A model generated the notes under the pieces. It was not told the origin of the DNA, made no database searches, and worked only from the letters and a program-made list of their open reading frames with translations. A DNA stretch of 64,000 bases from an uncultured Gammaproteobacteria bacterium (lineage in GTDB: Bacteria > Patescibacteriota > Microgenomatia > Levybacterales > GWA1-39-11). The stretch lies in NCBI GenBank assembly GCA_964472415.1, contig CAYYLC010000001.1, forward strand, positions 3,269 to 67,268, in the 5' to 3' direction. The position numbers and the translations under genes are program-made. Shown piece by piece: positions 9,866 to 19,067 of this stretch; the first letter of the stretch is position 1; every line of letters starts with the position of its first letter.

Positions 9866-10820
9866 GAACGTTCCTCTCTCAACAATTTTATGGTACGAAA
9901 TAGGTGGAGTTGCCGAGACAGTAATTGATATTTCGTCTACACAAGATCTTCACGAAGCACTCCAGTATATTCAAGATCACAACATAACCAACGTTTTTTC
10001 CATAGGCTTTGGGAGCAATATACTTTTTCCTGATACCATTTTTAATGGTGTGATATTGCGATTTCAGATTCAAGAAGATGGAGAGGGAGTGCGAAGAATT
10101 TCAGAAGACACAGTAGAAGCATTCGCTGGAGAGATGTTTGATAGTGTTATTCAATTTGGATTTGATAATTCTTTAATAGGTTTGGAATGGGCAGGAGGAC
10201 TGCCGGGGACAGTGGGGGCTGCGGTGAGAGGAAATGTTGGCGCTTTTGGTGGAGAGGTCCAAGATGTATTTTTCAAAGCACATTGCATAAAGATTCTTGA
10301 CCATGGTGGATATGAAGAATTGATATTGACCCGAGATGAAATGGAGTTTGCGTATAGGACGAGTAAAGTAAAAAAGGAAAAATTAATTGTAGTTTCTAGT
10401 CAATTTAAATTAAAAATCGCCACTCCTGAAGAACTTCTGAATGCGCGGGAGGCATATTATCAGAATATAATCTATCGTCAGGAAAGACACCCTCTTGATT
10501 ATCCAAATTGTGGAAGTGTATTTAAGAATATTTCAAATACTGTTGAAGTTGAGAAAGTAAAAAAAACATGGCCTAATACAAAAGAGCTTATTGAAACAAA
10601 ATGGCATGGAAAGGTTAGTATGGGGTATTTGATAGAAAGATTAGGATTGAAAGGTTTTCAGGTTGGGAAAGCACAAGTCTCAGAGAAGCACCAGAATTTT
10701 ATCGTAAATTTGGGTGGTGCAAAATCTCAAGATGTACGAAAAATTATTACAACTATTGAGAATGCTGTACAGAAAGAATTTGGATTTACTCCAGAAGTGG
10801 AGATAGAGATAATCGAATAA
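9852..10820 (+). CDS. murB: UDP-N-acetylmuramate dehydrogenase
   Basis: GxGSN, GLPGTVGAAVRGNVGAFG, GSVFKN, HQNFIVN; overlaps aclA by 14 nt. Confidence 0.93.
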   Translation: MQVYKNVPLSTILWYEIGGVAETVIDISSTQDLHEALQYIQDHNITNVFSIGFGSNILFPDTIFNGVILRFQIQEDGEGVRRISEDTVEAFAGEMFDSVIQFGFDNSLIGLEWAGGLPGTVGAAVRGNVGAFGGEVQDVFFKAHCIKILDHGGYEELILTRDEMEFAYRTSKVKKEKLIVVSSQFKLKIATPEELLNAREAYYQNIIYRQERHPLDYPNCGSVFKNISNTVEVEKVKKTWPNTKELIETKWHGKVSMGYLIERLGLKGFQVGKAQVSEKHQNFIVNLGGAKSQDVRKIITTIENAVQKEFGFTPEVEIEIIE

Positions 10821-10956
10821 AATTAGAGGTTCTGGATAGGAGTTTTTTTTTAAAATTGCTATATTTAGTTTAATACCAAAAAAATCTATTGATTTCCCCG
10901 GCATGCAAAAAAATATTAATTTAGTAATCAAGAGAGAAGGTTAAGTTTTATTATTC

Positions 10957-11559
10957 CTATTTCGGCTCATTGTTTAAACTTTTCCATAGCACCATAGAGG
11001 CAAAAGTTCTATAGGGTTTCCATTTTTCTGAAATTTCTAGAAGCTCTTTCTTTGTGGGTTCTTCAAGTCCATATAATTTTTTAATTGCATTTCGTAGACC
11101 TAAGTCCTGTACAGAGAATATATCGGGTCTACCGAGTGAAAACATTAAAAACATCTCTGCGCTCCAATTTCCAATACCCTTAATAATAGTTAGATTTTTG
11201 ATAACAGTTTCATTATCATCCTTGTGGAGCGTTTCAAGAATTAGTTTTTTCTCGATTACTTTCTCTGCAAGGTCTTGTATATATCCTATTTTTGGATAAG
11301 AAATTCCACACATTCTTAGTTTTTCTGTATCCATGTGTAGTACTTTTTCAGGAGTTATATTATTCTCAAAAAGATTTTGGAATCGCGTAAAAATAGTTTG
11401 CGCAGCCTTAACTGAAAGTTGTTGTCCTACAATTGAACGACAAAGGCGAGTGAAGTGTTCTGAAGAGGGGAGCATCGGAGTAAATGGTCCAATACTTATA
11501 GCAAGTTTATAAAGGAGTGAATCTGTTTTCTTAAAATGTTCGAGTGCTTTTTCGTACAT
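10957..11559 (-). CDS. alkA: DNA-3-methyladenine glycosylase II (HhH-GPD)
   Basis: IVGQQLS, KGIGNWSAEM, DLGLR, WKPYRT; start moved to ATG 11559, 6 nt after TATAAT. Confidence 0.85.
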   Translation of the reverse strand: MYEKALEHFKKTDSLLYKLAISIGPFTPMLPSSEHFTRLCRSIVGQQLSVKAAQTIFTRFQNLFENNITPEKVLHMDTEKLRMCGISYPKIGYIQDLAEKVIEKKLILETLHKDDNETVIKNLTIIKGIGNWSAEMFLMFSLGRPDIFSVQDLGLRNAIKKLYGLEEPTKKELLEISEKWKPYRTFASMVLWKSLNNEPK

Positions 11560-11602
11560 GTGCATATTATACTCATGATTTTTGTTATAATGACAGAATA
11601 AA

Positions 11603-12391
11603 ATGGCAAAACCAAAGATAGCATTTTCCGTGGCAGATATCCCTTTAGGAATTGCGCTAGAAGAGTATTTTTTACTCGCGAGCCATTTGAAAGTTGATGG
11701 TATAGAGCTTGTGATAGGATGGAAGACGCGCTGGGCGATGAAAAAAATTTCCCGACTTTCCAAGCGGTATGATGTCCCGATTCTTTCCATTCATCAGCCA
11801 CCCTGGGCACTTGCTGGATTTATTAAAGATGAAGGCAGCTTTAAGTTTGCTCAAAGATATAACGCAAAATTTGTTGCACATCCTCTGGTGGTGCAGCATA
11901 TTAATTCCCCTCAGTCTCAAAAATATTATCGATGGTTGAGAGATATGGGGAAAAAATACAACCTCGAGATTTTAATTGAGAATATGACAAACATTTATCA
12001 ATTACTCCCACTCCTTCACTATGTCTCGAAAAAGCACCATGATACTGCAACGGAACTTCCCCGGTTTGAGAAGATTTGTAAAAAATATAATTTCGGATTT
12101 ACGCTTGATATCGCACATCTTATGCAGTCAAATCCCCAAAATGCTCCAGGATTTAAAGAAATACTTCCGTATCTAAAAAATATTCATTTGAGCGACTACA
12201 CTGCGAAGAAAGAGCATATGGGTATTGGTAATGGAGACTTGAATTATGAAGGATTCCTTTCGTACCTTGTTGAAGAAAAATATGAAGGGATTGTAAATCT
12301 TGAATTGTGCCCTAGGATTTTGAATGCGCGGGAGAAGTATTATAAGGATATTACTGAATCAGTAAAACTCGTAAGGAAGTTTATTAAATAA
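11603..12391 (+). CDS. Sugar phosphate isomerase/epimerase (xylose isomerase-like TIM barrel)
   Basis: IENM, LDIAH, IHLSD, H-GIG-G, LE metal-site pattern. Confidence 0.75.
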   Translation: MAKPKIAFSVADIPLGIALEEYFLLASHLKVDGIELVIGWKTRWAMKKISRLSKRYDVPILSIHQPPWALAGFIKDEGSFKFAQRYNAKFVAHPLVVQHINSPQSQKYYRWLRDMGKKYNLEILIENMTNIYQLLPLLHYVSKKHHDTATELPRFEKICKKYNFGFTLDIAHLMQSNPQNAPGFKEILPYLKNIHLSDYTAKKEHMGIGNGDLNYEGFLSYLVEEKYEGIVNLELCPRILNAREKYYKDITESVKLVRKFIK

Positions 12392-12950
12392 CGCCTTCAA
12401 CTTTTTGATATTTTTCCTTGACATCTTTCCGGTAGTTCTGGAGTAGTCTTTTTATTTTTGGATCAATGACTGCAGTACAATACGGATAATTTCTATTCAG
12501 TTCATAATAATTTTTGTGATAGTTTTCTGCTGGAAAAAATTCTGCGAACTGTTCGATTACAGTTACAGCATCTTTTTTATAAGGATTATGAGTATTAAAT
12601 CTTTGCTTTTCTTGGAGCGCGATTTCTTTTTGTTGCTCATTATGATAGAAAATTGCTGAACGGTATTGAGTTCCAATATCGGCGCCTTGCTGATTAAGTG
12701 TAGTAGGATTGTGGGTGTGAAAAAAAATCTTCACAAGTTTTTCAAAGGAGATAATTTTTGGATCAAAAGTTATCTGAATTGCTTCTGCATGATTTGTATT
12801 TCCCAAGGACACTGTATCATAGGTCGGATTTTTTGTTTCTCCGCCAGTATATCCTGATTCTACTTTTTCTACTCCTCTGAGCCTCTGAAAAACTGCTTCC
12901 GTACACCAGAAGCATCCTCCTGCAAATGTTGCGATTATATTTTGTTGCAT
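12384..12950 (-). CDS. msrA: Peptide methionine sulfoxide reductase A
   Basis: GGCFWCTE, GYTGG, QYRSAIF, AENYH. Confidence 0.97.
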   Translation of the reverse strand: MQQNIIATFAGGCFWCTEAVFQRLRGVEKVESGYTGGETKNPTYDTVSLGNTNHAEAIQITFDPKIISFEKLVKIFFHTHNPTTLNQQGADIGTQYRSAIFYHNEQQKEIALQEKQRFNTHNPYKKDAVTVIEQFAEFFPAENYHKNYYELNRNYPYCTAVIDPKIKRLLQNYRKDVKEKYQKVEGVI

Positions 12951-13020
12951 ATATCTGCGTATTGTATCAGAACGTAGGTAAAAAACTTGTAATAATGCTC
13001 TCGACTTATATAATGGCTGT

Positions 13021-14076
13021 ATGAGAAAACTGTTCTTAATCTTACTTCCGTTTTTGGGAATAGCCTGTTTTTTTGTTGTGTATGTTTTGTTTTCAAATGA
13101 CAGTAAAATTATTAACCCTTTGGTTCAGGAAGTAGAGGAGCTTACTTTGCCACTCAAAAAATATTCGTTTGAGAATCTTTCTCTCACTGAATTTGTGGGA
13201 TCGGAAATTGAAATTGGGGAACAAATAGAAGACGAGATTGAAGAGATTGATTTATATACGTTTTATTTTTATGCGCAAGATCCAGAAAATTCTCAAAAAC
13301 TGAGTAGGGTGAGTGGGCTTCTGACAATCCCAAGCGAGCCGGGAAATTATCCACTTTTATTGCAATTCCGTGGATATGTAGATAGGGAAATTTATGGAAC
13401 TGGCGTGGGGACAAGGCCTACTGCGGAGGAGTTTGCAAAGAGTGGATTTATAACACTCGCACCGGATTTTTTAGGGTATGGAGAGTCTCAAAATCCCTCT
13501 ACGGATTCCTTGGAAGAGAGATTTCAAACATATTCAACAGCATTATCACTGTTTGCATCAGTAAAAAATTTGAATAATGCGTTTCAGGAAAAGGGGATTG
13601 ATATTTCTATAGATAGTGAGAAATTAGGAATATGGGGACATAGTAATGGTGGTCATATCGCATTATCAACTCTTATTATAGCAAGGAAAAACATTCCTAC
13701 GGTTCTGTGGGCGCCTGTTAGTAAGCCGTTTCCATATTCAATTTTATACTTTACTGATGAATATGCAGATGAAGGTAAATCACTTCGAAAGGTTATGAGT
13801 AATTTTGAACAGAACTATGACGTGTTCGAATTTTCTCCCGCTCGTTATTATAGTCGTATTATAGCGCCCCTTCAAATTCATCAAGGAGGACTTGATGATG
13901 CAGTGCCAGTTGAATGGTCAAATGAATTTGTGCAAAAACTTGAAGAGTTAGAAATAGAACATGAATATTTCATATATCCAGGAGCAGATCATAATATGCG
14001 ACCTGCATGGGATACTGCAGTTGCAAGAAGTATAGGGTTTTATAAAGAAAAAATTGGATTTGATGATGAGCTATGA
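13021..14076 (+). CDS. Membrane-anchored alpha/beta hydrolase (S9/dienelactone hydrolase-like)
   Basis: N-terminal TM; GHSNGG nucleophile elbow, DDAV Asp, ADH His. Confidence 0.8.
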   Translation: MRKLFLILLPFLGIACFFVVYVLFSNDSKIINPLVQEVEELTLPLKKYSFENLSLTEFVGSEIEIGEQIEDEIEEIDLYTFYFYAQDPENSQKLSRVSGLLTIPSEPGNYPLLLQFRGYVDREIYGTGVGTRPTAEEFAKSGFITLAPDFLGYGESQNPSTDSLEERFQTYSTALSLFASVKNLNNAFQEKGIDISIDSEKLGIWGHSNGGHIALSTLIIARKNIPTVLWAPVSKPFPYSILYFTDEYADEGKSLRKVMSNFEQNYDVFEFSPARYYSRIIAPLQIHQGGLDDAVPVEWSNEFVQKLEELEIEHEYFIYPGADHNMRPAWDTAVARSIGFYKEKIGFDDEL

Positions 14077-14134
14077 TAGTTTAGTTTTATTCAGTATGAT
14101 AAGGTAATTTTTGTTCAGCAAATGTTTGTGGTAT

Positions 14135-15901
14135 TTAATAAATATCGAATTGTTCTAGGAGCTTCTTGTCTCCCTCAATCTGATAATTAAGAAGTTCTGA
14201 GTAGACACCTTTTTTCTTCGAGAGTTCTTTTGGTTTGCCATAGTCAACAATTTTTCCTCCATCAATTACGATAATCTTATCTACATTCTGAAGGGTTGAG
14301 AATCTATGGGCGATAATGATAACGAGCTTATCTTTCATTAAATTTTCGAGTGCATCTTGCACCTCCTTTTCACTCTTTGCATCAAGTGAAGAAGTAGCCT
14401 CATCTAAAATAAGAATTGGTGCGTTTTTCAAAATTGCTCTGGCAATCTGAATCCGTTGTTTTTGGCCGCCTGAGAGTTTGACGCCCCGTTCTCCGATTTC
14501 ACTCTCAAGCTGTTTTGGTAATTGTTCAACGAACCCCCACGCGTTTGCTTTTTTGAGAGCCTCAATAATCTCTTTATCTGTTGCTTTCGTGCCATAGGCA
14601 ACGTTTTCCTTTATTGTCGAGGAGAAGAGTTCATTTTCCTGAAAAACAAGTGCAATATTGTGGCGAATAAAAAGCGTATCAAGTGCGCTATACGGTTTGT
14701 TGTTGAGATAAATATTTCCTGATGTAGGTTCGTATAATCTCAGAATAAGGTTTATGATCGTGGACTTTCCTGCACCGCTATGTCCGACAAGTGCTATAGA
14801 TTCATTACTACCGACTGTGAAAGAAATATTATTAAGAACGTTTTCAGATGTATCATATTTGAATGATACATCTGAAAATTTAATGGTTGGGCTTTTAATT
14901 TTATTGTATTTTTTATTGGATTTATATCCATCATTTCCAGGAAGTGCAAGAATTTCGAAAAATTCTTTACTTCCGCTTTCAGCAGTGTGAATTCTTGACA
15001 AAATAAAAGACATTGCGAAAAGAGGTCGTCGTGCTTGATTTACGAGCTGGAGGATGAGAACCATTTCACCAATAGAAAGTGTTCCTCGAAATGCATTCAT
15101 GAATACAATAATATTTACAATCAAAAGTATGATATTGAGCGATAGTCCTCGTATGAAATCATAAATATGGAATGCTTTGCTTTGTCGAGCGTATATTTTA
15201 TTGCTTTCCGTAAGATGTTTTGAGGCAGTTTTGTATTCGTGTGATTGTTGACTGAATCCTTTTACGAGTCGTATATTCCCGATTACTTCCTGAATTCTCC
15301 CTCGATATTTGTCTTCTATTTGGTTTTTGAGAATTTCTTCTTCGCCCCATTTTTTTGCTGAATAATAGGATATGACGCCGTAGATTGGAAATAGCACAAA
15401 GATTGCGATCGCGATTGGGATATTGTAGTAGGCTAGAATGACAATGGTAAAGATGCTTTGTAGAAACATTGGGATAAGAAAATTGGTTGAAGTGTTGATG
15501 AAGTTTTCGATCGATTGGATTCCACGATTGAGCTGATTTAATATTCGTCCAGAAATTTCTGAGTCATAATAACTTTGTGGGAGTGCAAGTGCTTTATCGT
15601 AAAACTTTTCTGTCAAAAATCGTCTTAATTCTCCAGCAAAATGATCTCCGAGACGTTCTGTGATAACAGTTAGGATGAGTCCTGTGATACTTACGATAAA
15701 TGTCAATCCAATAAGTCCAATGAGGATATTGATGTTCCCTGTATTTCCTGAAATCTGATTTACGATTTCATCTACTATAAATTTCGAAAAAATAGGCGTA
15801 GCAAGATCGAGAAGTGCGGTAAATACGATTAAGACCGCAATAATACCGGCGATTTTATGGAGTGGTTTTGAGATAAGGATAATCTTCCAGATATTTTTCA
15901 T
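14135..15901 (-). CDS. ABC exporter, fused permease and ATPase
   Basis: N-terminal TM domain, GHSGAGKS, LSGGQKQR, ILDEAT, IAHR. Confidence 0.93.
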   Translation of the reverse strand: MKNIWKIILISKPLHKIAGIIAVLIVFTALLDLATPIFSKFIVDEIVNQISGNTGNINILIGLIGLTFIVSITGLILTVITERLGDHFAGELRRFLTEKFYDKALALPQSYYDSEISGRILNQLNRGIQSIENFINTSTNFLIPMFLQSIFTIVILAYYNIPIAIAIFVLFPIYGVISYYSAKKWGEEEILKNQIEDKYRGRIQEVIGNIRLVKGFSQQSHEYKTASKHLTESNKIYARQSKAFHIYDFIRGLSLNIILLIVNIIVFMNAFRGTLSIGEMVLILQLVNQARRPLFAMSFILSRIHTAESGSKEFFEILALPGNDGYKSNKKYNKIKSPTIKFSDVSFKYDTSENVLNNISFTVGSNESIALVGHSGAGKSTIINLILRLYEPTSGNIYLNNKPYSALDTLFIRHNIALVFQENELFSSTIKENVAYGTKATDKEIIEALKKANAWGFVEQLPKQLESEIGERGVKLSGGQKQRIQIARAILKNAPILILDEATSSLDAKSEKEVQDALENLMKDKLVIIIAHRFSTLQNVDKIIVIDGGKIVDYGKPKELSKKKGVYSELLNYQIEGDKKLLEQFDIY

Positions 15902-15947
15902 GATTGCTTATTGTATCACGAAACGATTCTTTGAGGTAGGGAAGGGA

Positions 15948-16502
15948 TTATTCAGCGCCAATTATGATAACTGCATCATCAAGCCCATCATAGTCGGCAT
16001 TTGTTTCACCAATACTGTATTCATCTGAAAGGTCATCTTCAAGCATTTTAAGCAGTGCATTATTTCCGGATGCTACGTGAATTTCCGTTTCCTCGTATTC
16101 AAAATTATCTGCATTTTCTGTTCCACCGATTTTATATCCCAAATCTCCTAATATATCAGCAAGTCTTCCCGCAACACCTGCGGTCCCGCTTCCATTTTTG
16201 ATAAGAATCGTATAGTCTTCCCGATCGAGTTTAGGGTTTTCTGTTTCTTCTGTATCTTCCTCAGAATCTCTTGGGCTGGGAGTAGGGGTATCAGTGGGTG
16301 CTTGAGTGATTGCGGGAGTTGCAAATAAATCTTCGTCTTGTGCTGCATCATCTCCTGAGAATGCGAAGCTTGCTATGATGATTACGAGGAGAACAATGAT
16401 AGCACCACCGATAATTGCAAACATTTTCTTTCTGTTTTTTTTATTACCGTGAGATTCATAGACGTAAGATCTGCGTGAATGGATTTGGGGTTGTTCTTCC
16501 AT
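15948..16502 (-). CDS. LytR C-terminal domain membrane protein
   Basis: TM helix, Pro/Thr linker, NGSGTAGVAG...NAD...IIIG. Confidence 0.8.
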   Translation of the reverse strand: MEEQPQIHSRRSYVYESHGNKKNRKKMFAIIGGAIIVLLVIIIASFAFSGDDAAQDEDLFATPAITQAPTDTPTPSPRDSEEDTEETENPKLDREDYTILIKNGSGTAGVAGRLADILGDLGYKIGGTENADNFEYEETEIHVASGNNALLKMLEDDLSDEYSIGETNADYDGLDDAVIIIGAE

Positions 16503-16581
16503 AACTTTCTACACTTCATGATAGCACTTTTTCCAATAATTTCAAGTTAAAATGAAGTTATTGGAATTTGTATAATAGAGT

Positions 16582-17637
16582 ATGAAGAAAACAATTTTTC
16601 TTATAATTGCGCTTATTTCATTTAGCACTTTTTTATATTTGAGAAATTCTGATACGGAAATTATTCCTCCCCTTCCAAAAGATTCCCAAAAGGATTACGA
16701 AATTCAAGATTATGAACGGTTTGTCTTTGTTCCGTACTGGACGGTTTCCGAAAAACTGGATATAGAAGAATACGATAGTATTATTTATTTTGGGGTAACT
16801 TTTGACGAGAATGGGCTTAAGACCTCAGAAGATGGATATAAAATGTTAAGCACATTTTTGGGTGGAGTCTCGGAAGAAAAGAAAATATATCTTACCGTAA
16901 GAATGTTATCTGATGAATTGAATAAGAAAATTCTTAGTGATGGAGATTTACAAAATAAAGTAGGTAGTGCGATTGCACGAGTAGCTCAAGAACATGGATT
17001 TGATGGAGTAGTAGTAGATTATGAGACGTCAGCATTAGGGTTTATGTCTATTGAAGAGAAGATTACTAATATGTATGAAGTTTTGCAAGGACATGTGAAA
17101 GGAGAAGGGTTAGAGTTCTTTGTGACGGTATTTGGGGATACATTTTATCGCGGACGGCCATATGATATTTCCAAAGTTGCAAATCTTTCTGATGGAGTAA
17201 TTATTATGGCGTATGACTTTCATAAAGCTAGATTTAATCCTGGTCCAAACTTCCCGTTATCTGGGAAAGAAATCTATGGATATGATTTAAAGTCTATGAT
17301 AGAGGATTTCAGAAAAGACATGGAGCAGGAAAAAATTATTGTGACGCTGGGATATTTTGGATATGATTGGGCGCTTGATGAAAATGGAGTGAATATGGGA
17401 ATTGCAAAATCTTTGAGTACGAATCAAGGCATTTCTCGGTATATGAATAATTGTCTGCTTGATGATTGCGAGATAGAAAAGAATTTAGATAATGAAATCT
17501 CAGTGCAGTATAAGGATGAAGAAAGAGTTCAGCACGAAGTTTGGTTTGAGACAGAGGAGTCTGTGAATAAAAAAATAGAATTCTTACACGAATTGGGGAT
17601 TAATCGCATAGCTTTTTGGGCATATTCATATTTTTAG
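16582..17637 (+). CDS. Exported glycoside hydrolase family 18 protein
   Basis: Signal/TM segment, FDGVVVDYE, IMAYDFH, C-terminal AFW. Confidence 0.82.
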   Translation: MKKTIFLIIALISFSTFLYLRNSDTEIIPPLPKDSQKDYEIQDYERFVFVPYWTVSEKLDIEEYDSIIYFGVTFDENGLKTSEDGYKMLSTFLGGVSEEKKIYLTVRMLSDELNKKILSDGDLQNKVGSAIARVAQEHGFDGVVVDYETSALGFMSIEEKITNMYEVLQGHVKGEGLEFFVTVFGDTFYRGRPYDISKVANLSDGVIIMAYDFHKARFNPGPNFPLSGKEIYGYDLKSMIEDFRKDMEQEKIIVTLGYFGYDWALDENGVNMGIAKSLSTNQGISRYMNNCLLDDCEIEKNLDNEISVQYKDEERVQHEVWFETEESVNKKIEFLHELGINRIAFWAYSYF

Positions 17638-17641
17638 AATG

Positions 17642-17666
17642 TGGGGCGAAATAATATTCCGCCCCA
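17642..17666. terminator. Hairpin between the convergent GH18 and GH113-like genes
   Basis: TGGGGCG-N11-CGCCCCA; no clear downstream U-tract on either strand. Confidence 0.45.
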
Positions 17667-17682
17667 AAAGTTCCGAGAGAAG

Positions 17683-18921
17683 TTAGGGGTAATTTGCATA
17701 GCAGGCAGCTAATGCCTGTTCTGCAGATCTTCCTAGAGGATTGAAGCTATTGATGAATTCCGCATCGCTTGGTAGGCGAAGGTCGATGAGCCACCAATGA
17801 ATGCCTCGTAGTTTGCCGGAGAACACCGCACACGTCGCTTCATAGAAACGCCGTTGGGTCTCCTCGTCAAATGGTGCGCTCGATTCCCACGCATAGGGAG
17901 TTCTGTGTGCGCCAAGATGGGGGATTATGCCAATCTCAGCAAATACGATTGAATCCAGGCTTCGTCCGCTGTCTGTGATGACTTGGATCCAGGGTTGCCA
18001 TGCAGCAATCAGTCGGTCAACCGTTGTGTAGTCAGGAGCATTCAGTCTGAAATAAGCATCTATGCTCTCAAAATCTAACTCCTTTTTCCAGGGTGTTACA
18101 GAAAGCGGGAAGTTAACCCAGGAAGGGTCCCAGTTTGTTGAATACGTAATCTGTCCGGTATAGACAGATCTGACATTGGTGATGAGCGCGAGCCACTCAT
18201 CGTTGAAGCTCTCCATCGTGCTAAACTCGCTTCCGATGCTAAAGAACTCTGCATTGTGCTCTTCAGCAAATTGTGCGTAGTCGGTAATAAGCGTCTTATA
18301 GCTTTCAAACCAGGCTTGGGGATTTGTCGGCTGTATACTTCCCCGCCAGTTTCCTTCAGGGATAAAAGCCTCTTCGTCCATCAATGGACGAAGCGTTATC
18401 GTGAAGCCACGTTTGTGTGCTTCATCGATAAAATAGGCGATATCTTCTCGCTTGGGTGTATTCTTCGGATGATCATATACCACTGTTGATTGGTATCCAT
18501 CTTGATAAATGGGGAATGCTACGCTGATGTGGTTGATATGAAGATCCATCAGACGTTCAAGATTCGGGATGACCTTTTCTCTGAACTCTGGATCCTGAAA
18601 GTAAAAGACTACGTTTACTCCCGCCTGGAAAGAATATTGTGTTTCCATGGGGTTTTTTACAGACCGTGGAGTTGGGATGGGGGTAGGTATCGTGATTGTT
18701 GATAATTCCTTTCCCCTTGGTGTTTTCGTCGGCTGTTGAGTCGGTGTGAGTGTGGGTGTGGGAATCCTGCGCGGTGGAGAGACGGGTGAAGAATCGGGTA
18801 TAGGAGTTGGATCCTTCACTTCTTGTTCACTCGAATGCTTATTCTGTGCGACAAGTATCCCTGTTCCCATAAGCACAATCAGGAGAAATGCGACTACCTG
18901 TTGAAAGGTGGATTTTGACAC
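17683..18921 (-). CDS. Secreted GH113-like (clan GH-A) glycoside hydrolase with Pro/Thr linker
   Basis: WRGSIQP, WFESY, IGSE (acid/base), YSTNW, IDAYF, AEIG (nucleophile); GTG start with AAGGAGG. Confidence 0.75.
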   Translation of the reverse strand: MSKSTFQQVVAFLLIVLMGTGILVAQNKHSSEQEVKDPTPIPDSSPVSPPRRIPTPTLTPTQQPTKTPRGKELSTITIPTPIPTPRSVKNPMETQYSFQAGVNVVFYFQDPEFREKVIPNLERLMDLHINHISVAFPIYQDGYQSTVVYDHPKNTPKREDIAYFIDEAHKRGFTITLRPLMDEEAFIPEGNWRGSIQPTNPQAWFESYKTLITDYAQFAEEHNAEFFSIGSEFSTMESFNDEWLALITNVRSVYTGQITYSTNWDPSWVNFPLSVTPWKKELDFESIDAYFRLNAPDYTTVDRLIAAWQPWIQVITDSGRSLDSIVFAEIGIIPHLGAHRTPYAWESSAPFDEETQRRFYEATCAVFSGKLRGIHWWLIDLRLPSDAEFINSFNPLGRSAEQALAACYANYP

Positions 18922-19058
18922 ATCGTGCCTCCTTCTCTCGAATTTGTAATGTGCCTCCCTTTATCTCATAAGAGGAAGGAGCGGCATTATTTTTAGGACA
19001 AGTAAATATCCCATAATGCAGTATATGGGATTATATAGAAAGAATAATTAAGAGTCAA
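18922..19058 (-). promoter_or_regulatory. Promoter plus structured leader (hairpin, boxA-like motif, SD)
   Basis: TTGACT(19058-19053)-17-TATAAT(19035-19030); hairpin 18981-18955; GCACATTACAAA 18954-18943; AAGGAGG 18934-18928. Confidence 0.7.
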
Positions 19059-19067
19059 TGAAATGGG

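Noticed and set aside
11560-11790. N-terminal extension of alkA in the ORF track
   Set aside because: It overlaps the divergent gene at 11603; homology and a TATAAT point to ATG 11559.
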